Part shown: positions 17,977 to 22,588 of the stretch, piece by piece
How positions within the stretch are numbered: the first letter of the stretch is position 1
Layout: every line of letters begins with the position of its first letter
Assembly (NCBI GenBank): GCA_016930515.1
Contig: JAFGGO010000007.1
Coordinates: 1 to 22,588, forward strand
Direction: 5' to 3'
DNA from: Promethearchaeota archaeon
Lineage (GTDB): Archaea; Asgardarchaeota; Lokiarchaeia; Sigyniarchaeales; SOKP01
Length of the DNA: 22,588 nucleotides
Translations under genes and position numbers: made by a program
The notes under the pieces: generated by a model
The model's database searches: none
What the model was told of the DNA's origin: nothing
What the model saw: only the letters and a program-made list of their open reading frames with translations

Positions 17977-18029
17977 CACATACAAGATTAATATTAAAAA
18001 AAATCTAAAAAAATGATTGATTGTTAAAA

Positions 18030-19025
18030 ATGTCCAATGATATATTCTTGATTCTAATCCCTTTAATTTTTAGCATGCTTTGGGTTGTTTTCATTATATA
18101 TTATCGAATAAAACCTAGAGATCGTATTTTTAAAACGACAATCGTGTTGTTTTTATTGATAATTACCTTTCTCATATTAATCATAATCACAATCGACTTT
18201 ATTGTAGCCAATCCTGAAGATAGTCTTACGGGTATTTTACTTCTGTTGATATTTGGTATTTTTCTATTTATTTTTTTTATAAGCATATTTCTAAACAAGA
18301 ATAAACTTTTTCAAGAACAAGCTAAAGGGACGGATAGAATTGTCAACTTACAAACACAGAAATTGACTAATGTATTACAAGCAAGTAGTGATGTATCAAT
18401 ACAAGTTTCAAATATGGCAACACAATTATCATCAAGTATTGAGGAAGTAAACGCTTCGACTGAAGAAATAGCGTCAAATACCCTAGAATTTGCTAATCAA
18501 AATAAAAAACAAGTACAAATCCTCAAGGAAATCAACAACAATGCAAAAATATTAAGTGAAGATGCAAACATAATGATAAATGCAACAAAAGAAATAGCAC
18601 GGATAATGACAATAATAAATGATATATCCGTTCAAACCAATTTATTAGCATTGAATGCCAGTATAGAAGCTGGACGGGCCGGAGAACACGGTAGGGGATT
18701 TGCTGTAGTTGCAGACGAAGTGAGAAAACTTGCAGAAGAATCAAGAGTCTCAACACAAAATACTACATCTAAAATCGAGCAAATTATAGAACGGATAAAT
18801 TCCCAAGTTAAAGATATTTCTCATATCTCTCAAGAATTGGAAAACTCTACACAAAAAGGGGAAGCTAATAATAAATTAATAGAAGAGATAAGTACTAGCA
18901 CGGAGCAACAAACAGGGGTTATAGAAGAAATTGCCTCTTCATCAATAAAACTATCCGAACTTTCAGATATATTACGCTCAAACTTAGAAAAATATCAAAT
19001 TCATAAGGTAAAAACGATTAAATAA
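18030..19025 (+). CDS. Methyl-accepting chemotaxis protein (3 N-terminal TM helices + MCP signalling domain)
   Basis: Hairpin-tip signature [37 protein letters not shown] flanked by heptad helices. Confidence 0.95.
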   Translation: MSNDIFLILIPLIFSMLWVVFIIYYRIKPRDRIFKTTIVLFLLIITFLILIIITIDFIVANPEDSLTGILLLLIFGIFLFIFFISIFLNKNKLFQEQAKGTDRIVNLQTQKLTNVLQASSDVSIQVSNMATQLSSSIEEVNASTEEIASNTLEFANQNKKQVQILKEINNNAKILSEDANIMINATKEIARIMTIINDISVQTNLLALNASIEAGRAGEHGRGFAVVADEVRKLAEESRVSTQNTTSKIEQIIERINSQVKDISHISQELENSTQKGEANNKLIEEISTSTEQQTGVIEEIASSSIKLSELSDILRSNLEKYQIHKVKTIK

Positions 19026-19040
19026 AATTCATTATCAATG

Positions 19041-19517
19041 TTATTCTACAAGGGATATTACAAATTTTTTAGCATTTTCAAAATCCTTCTTGTCAGGATG
19101 GAATCCTAGCTCAATGAAATTTTCTTGAGCGTCCTTTTATTCTTCATTGGAGTAGTATGTGAAGGGTTCTCCCAAACAATGAAATTCACCAATGCAATTT
19201 GATCCCCTCAAATCAGCTTCTTCCCTAATCGGCTGAAAGCAATCAGGATAAGGTTCTTTTCTTTCACGGGAATAAAAACAAGCGTATTTTAAAGTAAAAT
19301 TTATGGCATTTCTTACAAACTCAATCAGTTTATCTCCAACCAAACCGAGGTAAACTCCTGAGCCTAATATTAAAAGCTCATAATCTATAAGATTCCGAGG
19401 CTGATAATCCTCAAGTTCAAGCACATCAACATCGTGATTATCAAGAGCAGATCTTATAGCAAGAGCAATCTTTCTTGTATTTCCAGTGCTTGTATAGTAT
19501 ACTATATGTATTTTCAT
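19041..19517 (-). pseudogene. Flavodoxin family protein interrupted by an in-frame TAA at 19137-19139
   Basis: YYTSTGNTRKIA FMN loop, LGSGVY and GEFHCLG. After the TAA the same frame continues KDAQENFIELGFHPDKKDFENAKKFVISLVE*, which is the family's terminal helix. Confidence 0.8.
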
Positions 19518-19552
19518 TTGTAAATTGTTCTCGTTAATATAATGCAAGAATA

Positions 19553-22075
19553 TTAAATTTCGGGATCTTTCTCTAATTTTATCACATTCACTCCCCTTCT
19601 TTCGAGTTTTTCAATTATTTCTTGACTGTTTGGATCAGTTTTTTGGGTTAATGGATTTGCAGTAAAACACAATTCTTGAAGATTTTTGAGCTGAAGTATT
19701 GAATTTGGGAGATTCTTGAAATCATTAGCAATTAGATCAAGACTTGCAAGCAAAGTAAGATTCTCAAAAGACTGAGGTAGACTTTTCAACTTATTATAAC
19801 CTAGAACAAGGATTTGAAGTGATTTTAGATTTCCAAAAGATTCTGGAAGACTTTCTAAATCATTTGCGTATAAATCAAGGTAATAGAGGGAAGAAAGGTT
19901 TCCAAATGATTCTGGTAGGTATTTCAACGTTTTGCCTGAATATAAAACGTGAAGCGAAATGAGGTTTCCAAACGAATCTGGAAGCGTTTCTAATTGATTA
20001 TTACTCAAATACAAAACTCTAAGTTTCGTTAGATTACCAAATGTATCTGGTAGGGACTTTAATTGATTGTTATACAATAGTAAAATTGTGAGTGATTCAA
20101 GATCTCCAAAAGATTGAGGAAGCGATGTTATTTGCGTGTGGATGAGCTCCAAATGATCAAGTTTGATAAGATTTCCAATTGAGAGTGGGAGCGATTTTAA
20201 TGCATTATTTCCCAATTTTAACTTTCGAAGTGATGAAAGATTTCCAAGCGACTCTGGGAGGAATAAAATTCGATTATGCGATAAATCCAGAACTTCAAGC
20301 AAGGGAAAATGAAAAAGTGGTTCTGGTATTAATGATAAGAGATTATGCGATAATTCTATTCTTTTAAGCGATTTAATGTTTCCCAACGATTCAGGAAGCG
20401 AATTTATTCTATTTTTATGTAAATTAAGTTCTTGAAGTGACTCAAGATTTCCAAAAGAATCAGGTAATGATGTCAATTGATTGTTTCCTAAAAAAAGTTT
20501 TTCAAGAGAGATAAGATTTCCTAACGATTCGGGGAGCGATGTTAATTGATTAAAGCTTAAATCTAATCCTCGTAGAGAGGTGATATTTCCTATAAATTCT
20601 GGAATATATTTTAAACGATTATCATATAAATTCAAACTTCGAAGATGGATTAATTTTTTTATCGATGTCGGAAGTGAATCTATTTCATTATGTTCTAATG
20701 TTAATACTTCAAGCGATTCCAGTTTTGTCAACAATTTAGGGAATTTTTTAAAGTAATTGCTACCTAAATGTAAGAATTTAAGCGATGCAAGCTTGGCAAA
20801 CGATTTAGGAAGAAAATTTAAATTATTTACGGATAGTGATAAAAATCTAAGATTCGATAGATTTCCTAAAGTTTCAGGAAGCGATATTAATTGATTCTCA
20901 TCTATTTTAAGTTCTTCGAGCGCCAATAAATTTCCAAAGGACTCTGGAAGCAATGTCAACTTATTATAACGGAGCTCTAACTTTTTAAGTGATGTTAAAT
21001 TGCCAATTGATTCAGGGAGCGCAATTATTTGGTTTAGAGTTAAATGTAATTGTTGAAGTGAAGATAGATTCCCTAATGATTCGGGAAGCAAAGTTAATTT
21101 ATTATCATTTAAGACGATCAACCTTAAAAATGGCAGATTCCCCATTGAATTAGGGAGATATTCTAATTTATTCTTCATTAAAAATATTTCTTGAAGCTCG
21201 GTTAGACTACCAAGTGAATGCGGAAGTTTTTCTAATTGATTATTATCTAAATATAGATATTGAAGCGATATAAGGGCTCCCAAGGATTCGGGAAGATCTT
21301 TTAAATGATTCTCTACCAAGTGTAATTCCAGAAGCTTTTGTAGATTTCCCAAAGATTCTGGAAGGGATCTCAATTGATTCTTATTCAATTTTAGCTTTTG
21401 AAGTGATATAAGATTTCCAATCGAATTGGGAAGTGTCGTTAATTTATTATTTGATAAATCCAATTCTTTAAGAGTAGTAAGATTTTCCAATTTATCAATT
21501 TCAGCTATATTACATATATCTTTATTGCTCAAGTCTAAAATATTATCTACTATTGGAAATATTCTCCCTTTATATGTAATGAAATCATATTTTTGAAATA
21601 ATTCTTGAATTTCTTCGTTATTGAAATATTTTAGATAGTTTTCTTGGACTAAATATTTAACAACGGGAATATATCCTTCAGAGATTCTATTAAAGATTTC
21701 ATTTTTGAAAATCCTTTTCGCTAGAGGATCGCCAACCTCAGTCAATTTTTTTAATAAGGGAAAGGACAAGTTTGAGTGCAATAAATGAGTATCGTAATCG
21801 TTTTCTACCCAAGCTTGCAAGTTGGAGCAATGTCCCCAAAATTCCTCTTCAGAGGTAATATTAAGAGCTTTACAATTTTTTGTTCGATCCTTTGATTCTA
21901 ATTCATCTATTGATTGAATGTGATTATAATCTTCAATTTCGTTTATGCCGATTTCAAAAAGCAAGTATTTGCATTGCTCGTATAACTCTCCATTGACAAA
22001 AATTTGAGTTTTTTCTTTTTCTAATTTGAGCGTTATATATTTGTTTACCTTGAATTCTTTTTTTATCATTATCAT
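19553..22075 (-). CDS. Leucine-rich repeat protein with Lokiarchaeia-type N-terminal domain
   Basis: N-terminal EFKVNKYITLKL...EEEFWGHCSNLQAW...LHSNLSFPLLKKL, then roughly 27-28 23-aa repeats of LxxLxLxxNxLxxLPxSxGxL. Confidence 0.95.
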   Translation of the reverse strand: MIMIKKEFKVNKYITLKLEKEKTQIFVNGELYEQCKYLLFEIGINEIEDYNHIQSIDELESKDRTKNCKALNITSEEEFWGHCSNLQAWVENDYDTHLLHSNLSFPLLKKLTEVGDPLAKRIFKNEIFNRISEGYIPVVKYLVQENYLKYFNNEEIQELFQKYDFITYKGRIFPIVDNILDLSNKDICNIAEIDKLENLTTLKELDLSNNKLTTLPNSIGNLISLQKLKLNKNQLRSLPESLGNLQKLLELHLVENHLKDLPESLGALISLQYLYLDNNQLEKLPHSLGSLTELQEIFLMKNKLEYLPNSMGNLPFLRLIVLNDNKLTLLPESLGNLSSLQQLHLTLNQIIALPESIGNLTSLKKLELRYNKLTLLPESFGNLLALEELKIDENQLISLPETLGNLSNLRFLSLSVNNLNFLPKSFAKLASLKFLHLGSNYFKKFPKLLTKLESLEVLTLEHNEIDSLPTSIKKLIHLRSLNLYDNRLKYIPEFIGNITSLRGLDLSFNQLTSLPESLGNLISLEKLFLGNNQLTSLPDSFGNLESLQELNLHKNRINSLPESLGNIKSLKRIELSHNLLSLIPEPLFHFPLLEVLDLSHNRILFLPESLGNLSSLRKLKLGNNALKSLPLSIGNLIKLDHLELIHTQITSLPQSFGDLESLTILLLYNNQLKSLPDTFGNLTKLRVLYLSNNQLETLPDSFGNLISLHVLYSGKTLKYLPESFGNLSSLYYLDLYANDLESLPESFGNLKSLQILVLGYNKLKSLPQSFENLTLLASLDLIANDFKNLPNSILQLKNLQELCFTANPLTQKTDPNSQEIIEKLERRGVNVIKLEKDPEI

Positions 22076-22278
22076 TTTTAGAAAATAATCAAAATTAACA
22101 TGTAAAAATACAATATGAACCTATTTAAATTAATATGGGAATATTTTGCAGTGCTTTTTATTCACATTTTTATCTCTTAGTTTAAATTCCTTTACAACTA
22201 TAATACATTCATATTTACTTTAGGATTATTATTGATAAAATCGGAGCACACACAATTAGTAATATTAATTTTGATTTT

Positions 22279-22588
22279 TTGAGTCTTTTTCAAGCCATTC
22301 CTTTAATTGTTCCTTTAGTTTTATTAGTTATAATTTTTAGAAAATATCTTATACTCGAAAGAAGACTTTTATTAATTTTGGGAATTGGAATTTTCTTTCT
22401 GTTGTTTCTTTCTGCAATCTTGTTCTATGGTTTTTATTATATATTGTTTGGACTAAATTCTCCAGTGTTTTTTCTTTCTTGTTTTAATCTACATTTTATT
22501 TTTCTTTCTGTGATCTTCTTTTTTTTAGGAACAATACGCTTATCAAGGATATATGATGAGGTAAATAATGATAAAAAAAATATAGGAT
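22279..22588 (+). CDS. Partial multi-pass membrane protein running off the window; start uncertain
   Basis: The frame is stop-free from 22204 to the window end and encodes ~3 hydrophobic helices (QAIPLIVPLVLLVII; LLLILGIGIFFLLFLSAILF; FIFLSVIFFFLG). There is no ATG; TTG at 22279 is the first common start codon. Confidence 0.55.
   Translation, partial: MSLFQAIPLIVPLVLLVIIFRKYLILERRLLLILGIGIFFLLFLSAILFYGFYYILFGLNSPVFFLSCFNLHFIFLSVIFFFLGTIRLSRIYDEVNNDKKNIG

Noticed and set aside
589-20367. Shadow ORFs in the track (589-1029, 3039-3233, 3493-3684, 5242-5556, 5966-6364, 6317-6538, 7064-7255, 8018-8308, 8049-8270, 9416-9619, 9949-10158, 10261-10485, 11420-11788, 12693-12953, 13868-14089, 14220-14447, 15412-15777, 15980-16183, 18101-18298, 18532-18756, 20179-20367)
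   Set aside because: All overlap better-supported genes on the opposite strand or in another frame and show no recognisable motifs.
19600-21540. 69-bp periodicity as a CRISPR array or DGR template/variable repeat
   Set aside because: It is explained by degenerate LRR coding repeats. There are no identical repeats with spacers and no reverse transcriptase or cas genes.

Overview
AT-rich, gene-dense prokaryotic window. The gene families point to an Asgard archaeon (Lokiarchaeia/Promethearchaeota): an LRR protein with the Loki-type N-terminal 'EEEFWGHCSNLQAW' domain, Loki-CTERM-like C-terminal anchors and BRE/TATA promoters. This assignment is inferred, not proven. Contents in order: a 7-TM membrane protein, M28 peptidase, UvsE, OsmC-like protein, DUF72, an unannotated 59-aa ORF, a polyferredoxin, a hypothetical protein, a CPBP protease, two surface-anchored proteins, an FAD-oxidoreductase/CCG Fe-S pair, a ureohydrolase-fold protein, a B12 radical SAM enzyme, a TM-TPR-Zn-finger protein, a STAS/SEC14-like protein, an MCP chemoreceptor, a flavodoxin broken by an in-frame TAA, a long LRR protein and a partial membrane protein. 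The most notable signal is a GC-enriched, ~110-nt three-way-junction RNA at 5091-5203 (minus strand). It starts ~25 nt after a canonical BRE-TATA and sits in the leader of the 59-aa ORF, whose Shine-Dalgarno is hairpin-sequestered and complementary to the RNA's closing stem. It is a candidate novel archaeal riboswitch/leader or sRNA. No rRNA, tRNA, CRISPR array or transposase was recognised.
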